Assembly: GCA_044892525.1 (NCBI GenBank)
Contig: CM097885.1
Span: 38,752,001-38,816,000 of the forward strand
DNA from: Schmidtea polychroa
Taxonomy: Eukaryota
Reading direction: 5' to 3'
Length of the DNA stretch: 64,000 nucleotides
Shown here: positions 45,748 to 58,542 of the stretch, in pieces
How the letters are laid out: every line of letters begins with the position of its first letter
How positions within the stretch are numbered: the stretch's first letter is position 1
The notes under the pieces: generated by a model
Seen by the model: the letters and a program-made list of their open reading frames with translations, nothing else
Database searches by the model: none
Told to the model about the DNA's origin: nothing
Translations under genes and position numbers: made by a program

Positions 45748-48700
45748 CTAAAATTGTAATTTGTCATCCAAATTCGGTGAAGGACAGACTGGAATTTTCA
45801 ATTGCTTACGTATTTCATGAATTGATTTTTCCCAATTTTTCTCAAAATAATAAAACAGAATTGTCTCACTTTCATGACCTGCTTTAATAGCAAAATTCAA
45901 ATGAGATTTGATAAAATTCTCTCGCTGCCTGAAACGTTTAGTCAATTTTATTTATTCACTCATTTTATCAGATATTAATTTTTTTTAAAAAGATGATTTA
46001 CTTCGGTTTCAATCGTAAAGAGCCAAAGAATCCTCCCGTGACACACATTGGAAGGCCAGTTTGTAATCCTTCTACCCATTTTACAACGACTTCTCCCAAC
46101 ATATCCGTAGGTTGGTTCAAAATTACATGAGTCAGATCATGAACTTCCCGATAACGCAACATTAAATAGGCCAAGTTAGGATCATCAATGAAACTCACCT
46201 CCATCCGTTCATCTGGTGAATATTTCTATTGGATACCACAATCAAATGGTATAAATTTACAAAGAAATTGATGGGTAATTAGGACGTTCTTTTTACAAAA
46301 TGCTATTTAACTTATTATTATTTGTTGGATGGGGTTAAATCTTATAATCTAATTTTGACATACTCTCCCATCCTCCAGAACATAGTCATTATGAGCCATA
46401 GTCAAAAAATTTTCCAAGTCTATTTAACAAAAAAAAATTGGCACAATGCCAAATTAGAACAAAGAACTTATTTTTAATATTAATTTTTTAAATTTTGTTT
46501 AAATAGTATAATATAAAATAAATTGCTCTATAACTTCGTTGATATGACTTTTCGATTAGATAATTTCGTCATAACGAAAACCTCATTGAAAGGTTTGTCT
46601 TGCGTTTTGACGTATGACTAACGTATCAAAATATAAAATCAAAATTCCTATCCTATAGAGCATGGGTTCTTAGCCTTTTTCAAAGCCCGCACCCTTTGAA
46701 TTTTATAAAGTGATTTAGCACCCTCAGGGGATCCCGGGTTTAAATTAAACGCCATATGGGGTCATTGCGTAATTACGTCACGCCAAAAATGACATTTTTG
46801 AGCCACCCACCCACCCTGTCACTTTTGGTCACATTTCTGTTGATATACAACAATTTAAAATTTGAAAAATATTTTATTATAGCAATTAATTTACTCACAA
46901 ATTCACGATTCAAGACATCTGGTGTCGAAAATGGAACTTGTCAAATGAGGGGATTTGTGTTGTTGTTGGCAGACAAGTAGAATTGGTTGCATACATCGAC
47001 AACTACCACAACGTTCGTAAATGATTTCGAAATAGTGCGGCACAACTAAATGTCACAATACCTACTTCAATTTGATTGTTTCGTCCGCACCCCCCAGAAA
47101 TTTTATCCCGCACAATTAGTGGTGCATGTACCCCTGATTAAGAACCCGCTATAGATTTATTTCCCTACAATATTTATATAGGTCATATTTTGATCAGGAA
47201 AATATTTTAGTATTTTTACGTAGGTCATTTGCATTAATTTAAAATTATAATTCAACAATTTTGTAGAGTATAAAATTCTGTACTTTGTAGTTTATGTGAT
47301 AATTCCTTCAATGTTAAATATTTGCTTGAAAAATACTTTATTTTGTTACATAACACTTGAAAAAAGCACTGCTGGAAATTTGTGAGTGGTTTAAAGTTGT
47401 TTTGGAAAGAAATTGAACTACAAGTGTACTTTATATTTCGATAATATTTAAATTTTCTGGTTCCATATAAAAAGACTAAATAAATAATAAGTTTTATTTC
47501 AATCAATCAAATCCAATAAAAATTTTTAATTCAGTAATATTTATTCAAACCTTTGAGACGTTTTAAATTCAGCCAAAATTTTAAAATTATATAAATTGAA
47601 ATTCCCAATTAATATTTTTATAAATATTCTTTTTGAAATTTTTTACACTAAAAATTTTAATTTTCATATTTAAAAATTTTTAATTCTTCTTTTGTTTTTC
47701 TGAAATTTTTAATCCTTACAATATTCAAATGATAAAATCCCAACACAAACTGTTTATTTGTCAGCACAATGATCACACGTATTAAATCTTTCAAATAACA
47801 ATGCTCACATGTTATAGCAGGAATCGATTTTTTTTAAATACCCGCGGACAACAACAAATTTGCAAAATTAATTCCGATTCACAATAGTTATTAGTTTTAT
47901 TCTTTTTAATAACTCTATTTATCTCACTGACAATAGATAATAGTCCTTTTGATTGTAAATTTATACTAGATCATGGGTGGGGAACCTCTTTATTTCCATA
48001 GGCCACATTGAAATTTGATGTCACCAAATAGGGCCGCAGTCAAAAAGTATTTTAACATAAATTAATTTCATTTTAAATCTTTTATTTATATACAGTTAGT
48101 AATTAAAACAATATTTATAATCAGTATCCAGATTTGAAAAAACGAAATATTCTGGAAAGTTATTATTTCTGAATTGAAAAATTGATGCAAATAAGTCATC
48201 ATTTCACAAATGAGTGCTCAATAATCTTATTTATTCGTCTACATACGTTTTGTATTTATGGGTGTGAATGATTGACTTCTATATTTCGTTCCTTGTACTC
48301 GACGGGTTGCTTGTACAGTACGGTATATATATACAGTTCAGTATTTTTATTTACAAGTATTTTTATTTGTAAATCCTCAAAATTCATGGTTTTTTATATA
48401 AATTAAGATTTATTTCGATAAGGCTCCGGGAGGCCGCAGGTTCCCCACCCTGTACTAGATCATACTAGCAATTGCTCAGATTTTTAAATTTCTTTTATAG
48501 TCGTCTCAGGCATCAATCATCGTAAATTTCAAAATTAATCAAAAATTAGAATCACTAATTTCCTTAATACTAAATAAAATCCTATTTCAGCTTGACACGA
48601 CATAAAACAGAATTTTCTTTACTTAGTAGAATGATTGATGTCGTAAATTAATTAGTTTGTATTTTTTTAAATAACTTCTTCTAGTGACTCTCCATTGATT

Positions 48701-51455
48701 TAAAATGATCATATTCGTACTTGTCTTTTCGCTTCCTACCTAACCATGCCTGATTCCAAGGAAAGAATAATAATTTTCAATTTTTATAAATTTTGCACTT
48801 TCATTTTTTTGAATTTGTCTCTTGCACAATTTCTTTTACACACTTAATTTTTATTTGCAACAATTTTTGTATAACGCTAACAGTTGTAATGAAAATAAAT
48901 GAAATATTAAAAGATAAAACAAAATTATGATTTATTGATAGCTAGTCTTAGGGGTCATTGCATAATTACGTCACGCTCGATTTCCTTGAAAACGTGACGA
49001 ACCGTGGCGTGGGTGGGTGGATGAGTTGAGCTGAATGTGACGTCACGCTAGTTGTATTATTATTGCGACAATCTTCCTCCTCTACTATGCTACAGTGATG
49101 CTGATACTTTGACTAGACAACGATGACTAACAATTATTGCTGCTACAGCAAGCTTCCAAGCAGTCAAGAGGACCGTATGGTACCACTAGGCTACCTTCAT
49201 TTTGTGAACAATAAAATCAACTAGATCAACAGAAATGTGACCAAAAGTGACAGGGTGGGTGGGTGGTTCAAAAATGTCATTTTTGGCGTGACGTAATTAT
49301 GCAATGGCTCCTTATGAGAAATGAAGAAAAAGAAATTGAAGGTAATTGATCAGTGATGGAAATAAGATGTGTCAGAAACTTTATCACAGGCCTAGAACCA
49401 GACCGGAGACAATTTATTATATATTTATTTTTCATAAATATTAATATAAATATCAGTGGCGCACCAAGGATTTCTGGGGCCCTTGTGCAGATTTTGGGAC
49501 GCACAAAATATTTGTCGAACGAAGTGATCCGAGGAACCAAACCATAGGCAGGCTTGGGGGAAGGTGATTAGCAACTCTCTGAGTAAATTTGCGCATTTTA
49601 AAACAGAAATAGTAGCGTTTCGGGTTGGGTTGAAAGGATATTTTGTTAATTCTCGGAATTCTCTGTATATAGAATGGGCACATGCCAGGTACCATCATGA
49701 TATAATGAACACTAATTGTTGTTATTGTCACTAATTTATTGAAACATAATTCTTAGAAAAAACTCAGATCATACGCTTATTTCACCATAATATAAAATTG
49801 AATCACATGATAAAAAGAAAGAACAAATTTGACATATGTGATTTACAACAATATCCAATATAGATTCCTAATAATATTAAATGTATAAACCGTCCAAACT
49901 GTGGTTGCTGTCTTAATAAAAACAAAACAAACGCCAAAGCGATGCTTGGTTTGATGACAATCGGGGAATTTATAATGCTCGAACGTATAAATTTTACTAA
50001 TTTTTCGTCCTGGGCCCTTGTGCCGTGCACAACCTGCACAACCTATTGCTACGCCACTGGGTTGATGCATGCAGCATTGATAACAGGTGATTATATGGCC
50101 CATTATCCATGGGGTTGATGCATGCATCATTGCTACGCCACTGATAAATATAAAAAAATTTTGGGTTTGCAAAATATGACTAATTCAAATATTAATATAA
50201 ACATTTTTTGTTCCTTGCGTGAAATATACGATTTTTGAGATGTTTTTTTCCTAAATACTGATTGGTCAAGCCTGAATATTAAAAAATAATGTCCATCGTC
50301 CATAGCAACGGCACTCGATAGTTTCATTTTAAAGTGTAAATTATAGGGTAACGTCTATTGGCGAGGGGTAACCACAAAGAGACCCTGAAAAAGATGTCAA
50401 AGTTAATTAGGAAGTCCATTAAACTCGATTTAATAGTTTTATTGGCTCATTACAAGAGCAATTTTTACTGAATTTGACCTTTCGGTAACTATGGGAGACA
50501 TTATATTAAAAGAGAATTTCTTTCTTCAAATCCCAAACCACCCATAAAGTTGTTAACATATATGATAAAATAAAACAAAGGGAGGCGGGAGTTAATGACT
50601 GTGTATGTTATGGTTACCCTCTCATTCTTTGTCGGGGAAAGTTTGTGATAAGTGAGAGGAGATTTTAAAGTTTCAAATAACTACAAATTGTCAAAATTTT
50701 ATTTAATACTTTTAAAATTGTTTGGAAAAAACAATTTACTTCTTGTTTGTTACTTTAATCGATTATAAGTTAATGTAAGCCAGGCATGTCTGATGGCGAA
50801 AGTTTTAATCACAAAATCTATTATTTCTGTATATATTTGTATAGTTAATCATTTTATTCGATATTTTAATTTTAACTAATGACATTACGTAGTAATCAAG
50901 AAAAGATACGTATCGTTTTCCTAAACTATCCGATGGCAATTTCCGTAGATAATCGAAATCCACTGTGTTTTTTCTAATTCTTGGTTTCTCTCTGAAATAT
51001 TTATTTAATTAATTAAGCAAATTCATTGAAAGTCTTTATCACTTTAAAATTTCAATTCCACTGGGATTTGATTGCATTTTCTTGTAAAGATCATTGAGTA
51101 CAATTGGAGCAGTTGTTTCGCCGAAAGTTGATATCATGTCTAACATTGAGAATATAACTAATTTAATCACGTAAAAAAATGTTTACCTTGACGCCATGGT
51201 TGAAAGAATGATAAAATTCCTGAACCAGCAGCCAAAAGTACTTTTTGAAATGAGGAAGTTGGTATATGTGTTTCATAATTCCTTGAGTTGTATATTGGAT
51301 CAAATTCATTTACATCATTATGAACTTAATATTTTAGATACATTATTATCTCTTAATATATTAATACCTTGGTCAGAATGACAATACAACTTTTTATCCA
51401 AAATAAAATTAGATTTTATCAAATATTTAAAATTATTTCTGAAAACGATTATCAT
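45748..51455 (-). CDS. COQ4: Ubiquinone biosynthesis protein COQ4, copy 1. Exons 51455-51368, 51324-51187, 51139-51043, 50991-50889, 46225-46002, 45928-45748
   Basis: [86 protein letters not shown] (HDxxH-x11-E), [12 protein letters not shown], phase-compatible introns. Confidence 0.95.
46661..47148. mobile_element. hAT MITE containing a one-ended PIF/Harbinger-like fragment; duplicate at 59456-59943
   Basis: ctatagag|catgggttctta ... taagaacccg|ctatagat; internal ggggtcattgcgtaattacgtcacgc at ~46757. Confidence 0.65.
47972..48452. mobile_element. hAT MITE; duplicate at 60767-61247
   Basis: TSD TACTAGAT on both sides; catgggtggggaacct / aggttccccaccctg. Confidence 0.88.
48951..49311. mobile_element. 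PIF/Harbinger-like MITE; duplicate at 61746-62106
   Basis: TTA|ggggtcattgcataattacgtcacgc ... gcgtgacgtaattatgcaatggctcc|TTA. Confidence 0.85.
49454..50143. mobile_element. hAT (Tip100-like) MITE; duplicate at 62249-62938
   Basis: TSD ATAAATAT on both sides; cagtggcg.. / ..tacgccactg; a second internal copy of the right end at ~50046-50059. Confidence 0.8.
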
Positions 51456-51872
51456 AATTTATTTATTAAATTTCATGCTAATAGAAATTTATAAATTAGG
51501 TTAACTTTTAAAAATTTGTTTAACACCAACTTGCATATTTAAACAATCAAGGATATTTAATTATTTCAATTTTTTATTAGATTTTCTTTCTTGAATAACT
51601 AAAATTGGCCGTTTCAATATTATACTATTTATTAGAAATCAGCAATCTTTATATTAACAAGAGTTATATTTTTCTTTTCAAGTTTCATCATAAATTTAAA
51701 CTATTGTCAATTAATTGAACATCTTTAAAAATGAACGAATGAATCATCTTTATGAATCATCATAAGTCTCAAGAAATCAAATGTCTAGTTCGTTTCTTCT
51801 GAATGTATTATAAATCTTTATTAATCTTTTTAATACTAGAACAGCAAAAACATGATTTTTGAGTAAATAATT

Positions 51873-52810
51873 AAACATACATGGCAACGATTTAATTCTA
51901 AGATAGCGTCACTCAAACATTCGTTTTACATTATATTTCGATTGTTTTTCAGTCATCGTCAAGTAGGATAGAATAATTCTCAACTAGATAAAAAAAATTA
52001 TTTGTCTGGCAAATTAGAATTAGATATTGTTTATATGTTTTGAAATAAAGAAAGAAACTATTAAATTGCCAATCAAAAAAATGAAAAACTGAAAAAGTAT
52101 TTTATAGGAAATTTGAAATTTCGTCACTCAATAATTTATAATAATTTATCTTAAAATGAAGAAAAACAAACAGTTAGTGAATTTAAACTATAGGATTGTG
52201 TGAAATTCATGCAAACTACGCAATGTGTTTATTAATAAATCTAAAACTCCGGTTGAATTGTGCTCTGATCTTATTTATCAGTTTACATGATATGGGTGTA
52301 ATGCCACTTCCCGTCATCTCTGTATTCAAATTCGAGAACATTATAGACCGAAGCCAATATTAGTTAGCACAATAGGGGCTGTAAGAGTAAAATATGTATG
52401 TCTGATTTTAAAATTTTATTAAAAAACTTCGATAATTATTGGGAACGTGTAATTTGTGAAGCGTTATTGATAAAGTTATTGAATACAAAAATTAAATGTT
52501 TTTAAATAATTTTTTTGTATATTGTATGTATGAATTGTTGTTATTAAATTAAATAATTAATAAATTACTAAATTAAATTTCAATATTTTAAAATTTAAAA
52601 AATAATATATTACCTGAATTATAATTCTTATAATTTTTAAAAGAATGAAATGTTTTTATTAAAAATATTTTATATAATTAATAATTAATGCAATTAATAA
52701 ATTTGTTTAAAAATCCTTAATTTCTATAGTTATTATATCCTACCTGATAATGACAAGAAAACTGTCGAAATATATGGTGAAACGAATGTCTGATTGGCGC
52801 TTTCTTATAA
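51873..52810 (+). mobile_element. Older Penelope 3' fragment (~52160-52810) with an inverted pLTR remnant (~51873-51970)
   Basis: 52160-52810 aligns by eye to 44345-45020 (SKTPVELCSDL.YQF, ttcccgtcatctc, ctgataatgacaagaaaactgtcgaaa); 51873-51970 is a diverged reverse complement of the Penelope 3' end. Confidence 0.8.
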
Positions 52811-55800
52811 TTTATCTTATGATTTAGATATGTATTACAAATCATTTTGATTTCTTTTTTTTACAATTTCCCGCCATAGAATTTCCTCTAATATATGTAG
52901 ATTTGTGAGACATTGCGTGGAATCTCATCGAAATTCATCGTAAATGGATAACATTTGTTTGATCCCCTGGGACCAGCTGTTAGGTAAAGTAAGTAATAGA
53001 AGGTGATCATCAGTACAAAGTAAGCTCCATTACTAGAACTGCTAATGCCTTGGCTGACATAAGAACCATGGACAACTATTAAAGGTGTAACAGAAGGTGA
53101 ACTATGAGTCCTGTATAAACTTAAATATCATAATAATATGTTGTCAATATAACAACTATAAAGCAACAATAAAATGATTTATTATTGTGATTGACAATGA
53201 AAGCCTTTAATATGTTTCGGAAGTGTTGTAGTTAGCATCAATAAATGTTAATATGTTTCAGATTTTGTCTATGCTCATTTTCTTCAAGATAAAGGATGTT
53301 TTCCTTATCGAAATTTCTTTGAAATTTAATAAAAATCGCTGATACAGATTTTCCCGTGACTGTTGACGAAGTTCTCTTTCTTCTAAGTTTCCATTTCGAA
53401 TAATATGACTTCATTCAATGCGTTACTTTGTATCATTGATGGAGGATATTGAAGCTGAGCACATTGAGCATATTGAGCATATTCCATATTATGTAGCCGT
53501 ACGGTGGTTGAGTTCGTCGAAAGTTCTAAGAAGAGTTTGGGAATTAAAAGATCAAATAATTTTGTTTTTGGAAATGTAAGACAATAATTGTTTTCCTGAA
53601 TTAAAATGTGATCAGTGGTTATATGATTTCACCTTTTCTATTGATTTATTGGAGCATTTGGACGTCCTTTATATTAAACTTCAAGGAAAAGGTTTATTTA
53701 TAGATGAAATTTATGACCATGTAAATTCATTTCGGACAAAGTTGTTGTTTAAACAGAATTTTAGTAATTCTCTTCTGTTTCTATTTAGTAAAGTAATAAA
53801 TAGTGTTTTGAAAGGTTCATTGTCTTTTGAAATGTCGTATATTTTATCAACTATTTCGGCTAGGGTGTTGCTTGGTAGTGCAACTATTTTGTGTAAGCAT
53901 AATATTTTTGAAGATTTATTGCCGATAAAATTAGGGTTAGTTTAATAAACTCTAACCATTGTTGTGGCCTTCTGTTTTCATTTGTCAAAGAATTTCTGTT
54001 TGTTTTAGGGTTTAGAAATGGATTTATTGTGTGTCTCATCGGGTTGAAAAAGTAATTTGTGTTCTTAATTTTATTGTTTGAAGTAGGTAGTTAATGGCTC
54101 CCACACTATAATCACCCTCGCCATTGTATTGGAACTTTGGAATGTCAATCTGAGGCTAGAGCAGTATGCTATTGTGGCTATATCAATATGAAGAATGCAC
54201 TATAGTGAGGGGGATAGATGAAATTTTAATAAGAGCACACACATAATTTAATGCCGGCTTTATCAAACCCGAAATATCCAGAGAAAATTTCAATCTTTTC
54301 ACTGAAGAACTATCTTTCCCTATTCCACGTCCACTTTAAATCAATTGCATGTTAACATAGATACAGGCACCAGAATCAATTTTCTACTTAATCCGATAAA
54401 TTATCAATGAACGCAAGTTTTCTATATCAATTCTGTAAGGGACCCTTATAAATAACTAAAAATTGCCACGATGATCCAATTGCAAATGTAACGGCTCACA
54501 CTCAACTACCCAGCATTTAGAGATATTGCGAGCAAGTAATTATTTTATTATTGTTGAGTGTGACCAGTACCCTTGCAACCAGTGCCCATAGGGGGACAAA
54601 ACATCTTGTCGGATATATCTTGCTTAGTTGTACCGCGCGCTACGGTTCTGTGTTCTCAATCGTCGGTGCACAATAGTCTGCGCGCAAAAGTTGGTGCACC
54701 CAATAATGCAGTGATATAGCAAAAATGTCGATGATTTGAAGCAGCCTTTGGAAGAGTCACTAAGTATTTGAATAAACATCAACCAATTTGGTTTACTCTT
54801 CAGCAACCACATTAGGTATACAGAAAGATGCCTCGCCAAGAGCGCACCATATACATTCTATTCAAGGTAAACCCAAGCTCAGCGATTAATCATCAGCGAA
54901 CATGACGATAAATGCGGCGGAACTGAGACGCCGCATCAAAAATCTTAACATGAACGAGCAGAGTTCCATCATACCCATCCATCATTTTTCGGAACACCCA
55001 AACTTGAAACTACAGATATCGATTCCTTCTAAGACTAAAATTAAACCCCAAAAAGGAGAATAGACAAAGAAAATGACGATTAGAACAAGAACTGTAGAAC
55101 CAAAACCCTCGCGACATCTTAAAGGAATTACTAAAATCATCAAAAACAAGCATTTTTGATATGAATGTCGACAGCTGAACTAAATGTGTTGGTTTATATT
55201 TTGTTGCTATCCATTAAATGTATAAATTAGTGTTGTCCAAACTGTGTGCCGTGGTAGGTGCCCAGGTGTGCCGTCAAATTTTTTAAAAAAAAGTCATAAA
55301 AACCCTGTTTGTCCAAACAACTTAATAAAAGGAAATTGAATTGTGGATATTTTAACAGTTATTTCAAATTTAAATGTTAATCAGTCAATTAAGTGCGAAA
55401 TTTATTTGTTTACAACAGTGTTGTCCAAACTGTGTACCTTCTGTCATTCACTAATTTTTCTAAATTTAAAATTTTTTACATTAAATTTATTTCAAGTAAA
55501 TAAGTTTTTCATTTCTTATTAAAAGATTAGTAAAAGTGCAATAAAAAATTGCAAATAAAGCAAAAAAAAAATTAAGTATGCCGCGAACATTTTTAATTCA
55601 GCCAAGTGTGCCGTGGCTCAAAAAAGTTTGGAAAACACTGGTATAAATGTAGGATTAGTTGTGTCATTTAACTTATGAATTTCCTAATTAAAAAACCATT
55701 TATGTATAATTAATTTAACTCTTAAGATCAACTGAAATATTTGATAAAGAAGATTCATATTCATCTATATGAAACACATTATGAAAATGAAAACAGAAAA

Positions 55801-56354
55801 AATATCTATTAAATGCTGCACTAATTCATTTCATTTAGTGTTAATTATTTATCCAATTATCCAACTCCACAAATGATCATAATAATTGAATCAAGTTCCA
55901 AAGTTCTGAATAATATCCCTGATATTCTGTTTGCAAATTAATTTTTAATTTCTGGAAATTTCATGGGAAATTACATAGATTACTGCTTTTATTGTGTTCT
56001 TTATTGTATGCTTTTATTGCTTTTACATTGTGTAGAGTTATCAAAATGTTTTCCTGATCTTGGCATCCCCCTGGTTTCATTGAAAATATAATGGTAATTA
56101 ACATTTTATGTATCTTCTGTAAATTATATTTTGCTAATGGTTGAGGCTCTTCATCTGTTCAAAAATGTAATTATTGATACAAAATTCTGTAACTTTGACT
56201 GGTTGTCAAAAATGTCAAATTGGAATTGAAGTTTTTTTGAGTTTCTCAAGATTTCTATAAGATTGAGATTATACAGCAGTTTTGCGTGGTCTTTAATAAA
56301 TAGTAACATATTAATCAAATGAAATGGAAAAATTAATTATCAAATTAATGAAAT

Positions 56355-57835
56355 GAAAAATTTCTGAACATCATATTTTGGATAGAAGAGCATTTCGTGA
56401 ACTTCTGGAATTTGCTATTTCAAAAATCAATTTTCTTTTCAATAATGAATGGTATCAACAAATCGATAGAGTTGCTATGGGTTCTCCTTTAGCACCAACG
56501 ATGGCTTCAATTTTTTCAGTAAGCTTAGAAAATAAAATTACATCTTTCCAATGTATGAAAACCACTGTTTATAAACGGTATGTGGATGATATTTTTATAT
56601 TTGAAAATCAGAGGCATGTTGATCCAATTTTGCATTATATGAATAGTCTACATAAAAACATTGTATTCACTTGTGAAACGGAGAAAAATCATCACTTGCT
56701 TTCTTGGATCTATTAATAAAACGCTATGATAGAAACACTATGAGACAGAGATTTATAGAAAACCAGCTTATACTGGTCTCTACTTCATTCGAATTTTTTT
56801 TATGAATTCAAGTATAAAAGAAATATGGTCAAGGGGTTGATTTATCGTTCGTGGCCTTTGTCTTCTACTTTTGAAAATTCAGTAAAGTCTTGACAAATTG
56901 ATAGAATTGTTAATGAAGAACGGTTATTCAAAATCATTTTTATTAATTATGGTAAAAAAAGACAGTTGACAAATTTATTTAAAATCCTAGGGATCCATGT
57001 TTGAGAAAATCTGGGTGAGATGTTGTTGAGGCGTGTGAGTTTGATGAGTAAAAAAATTAAATAGTGTGAGCAATGATGGTGAGCCTAAATTTGTGTTAAC
57101 ATTGCCGTACTCAGAAGGTTTTAAGGATTATAAAGTGAAGATAAGAAAGCAGTTAGGTAATTTAAACTATAGGATAGTGTCAATTTTATGGAAAGTACTC
57201 AATATGTTTATTAAAAAGTCTAAAACTCCGGTCGAATTGTGTTCCGATCTCGTTTATCAGTTTACGTATAATGGGTGTAATGCCACATACATTGGAGAGA
57301 CTTCCCGTCATCTCTATATTCGAGCTCGAGAACATTATAGACAGAAGACTTTGACCCATATTAGTGAACACATTAACGGCTGTAAGAGTTAAATAGGTAT
57401 GTCTGATTTTAAAATTTGATTAAAAAATTTCGATAATTATTGGGATCGTGTAATTTGTTCGGCGATATTGATAGTCATTGAATCCAAAAATTATTATGCT
57501 GAATGCAGTGAATACTTTTAAATAATTTTTTTAATATTGTATGTATTGATGTTTGTTAAATTAATTAATTAATAAAAAAATTTAAATTATTAAAATAAAT
57601 TGTTAAAAATTTTTTTTTAATAATATATAATATTATGTAATGTTAATTATGATTTATAAAATATGAAATGTTTTTATTAAATAATAAAAATTTTATATAA
57701 TTAATAAATTTGTTTAAAATCCTTAATTTATAGTTTTTATATTCCACCTGATGATGACAGGAAAACTGTAGAAATAAATCGTGAAAAGAATGTTTAATTG
57801 GCGTTTTCTTATATTTAAATCATTGCCATGTATGT
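56355..57835 (+). mobile_element. Penelope-like retroelement, duplicate copy
   Basis: Same ORFs as 43583..43921 and 44271..44597. Confidence 0.92.
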
Positions 57836-58542
57836 GTAAATACTTATATTAATCAAAAGTAAATTTTATTTTCTCGACAAAGTTTGTGTATCTTGACAAT
57901 TGACAAATGCTTCAATCGTACCAGTTAGTAATTTCTCGGTTAATTTGGTTAAGATAAACTCTGTCAATCTGCTTGCTAGTAAATGCTTCAAACCCATACA
58001 CTCGCGCGTAAACACTTAATTTTCTACAGACTCTGTTACTGAAATAATTAAAATTTTCGTTGTGCTTATGCAATCTGCACTGTTTGTTTGTCGAATAGAA
58101 ATGATTTATAAAATTTTTAATTATTTTTTATTTTTATAATTACATGTTTTTTGGGACCCACGATAATTTCAAATTATTAGATTTGTTGTCAACTTTTAAG
58201 TTGTTACCTGTTTCCAATGTTCCCAGAACAATACAGATTTTACATTATATAATTCTTTATCTAATCTTCAATGTAATTTTCTGTAATTTTTTTATAACGT
58301 CTAAATCCAGATCCTCATTTATAAAATACCCTGTAAATCATTAATCAATATTTGCACAATTTATATAATTTTTATTGATTGTTTTAATAGATTTTTCTTT
58401 GATAATACCTTTTCATTTTGTTGCCAATAAATAAAGAAATATTCATTCTATAAAATGAAATCAAAATTTATGCCGCCCATCAACAGAAAATATCTTATCA
58501 CAAAATCCGAAAACAGAAACAACAAAAATAGCGAAATATATT

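Larger units (their letters stand above)
40626..53420 (+). repeat. Tandem segmental duplication, copy 1 (12,795 bp)
   Basis: Every listed ORF from 40854 to 50327 recurs at +12795; identity starts at cgttactttg (40626 / 53421). Confidence 0.97.

Noticed and set aside
52880..53420. Coding-like minus-strand sequence before the duplication junction
   Set aside because: Could not build a consistent frame or recognise a motif.
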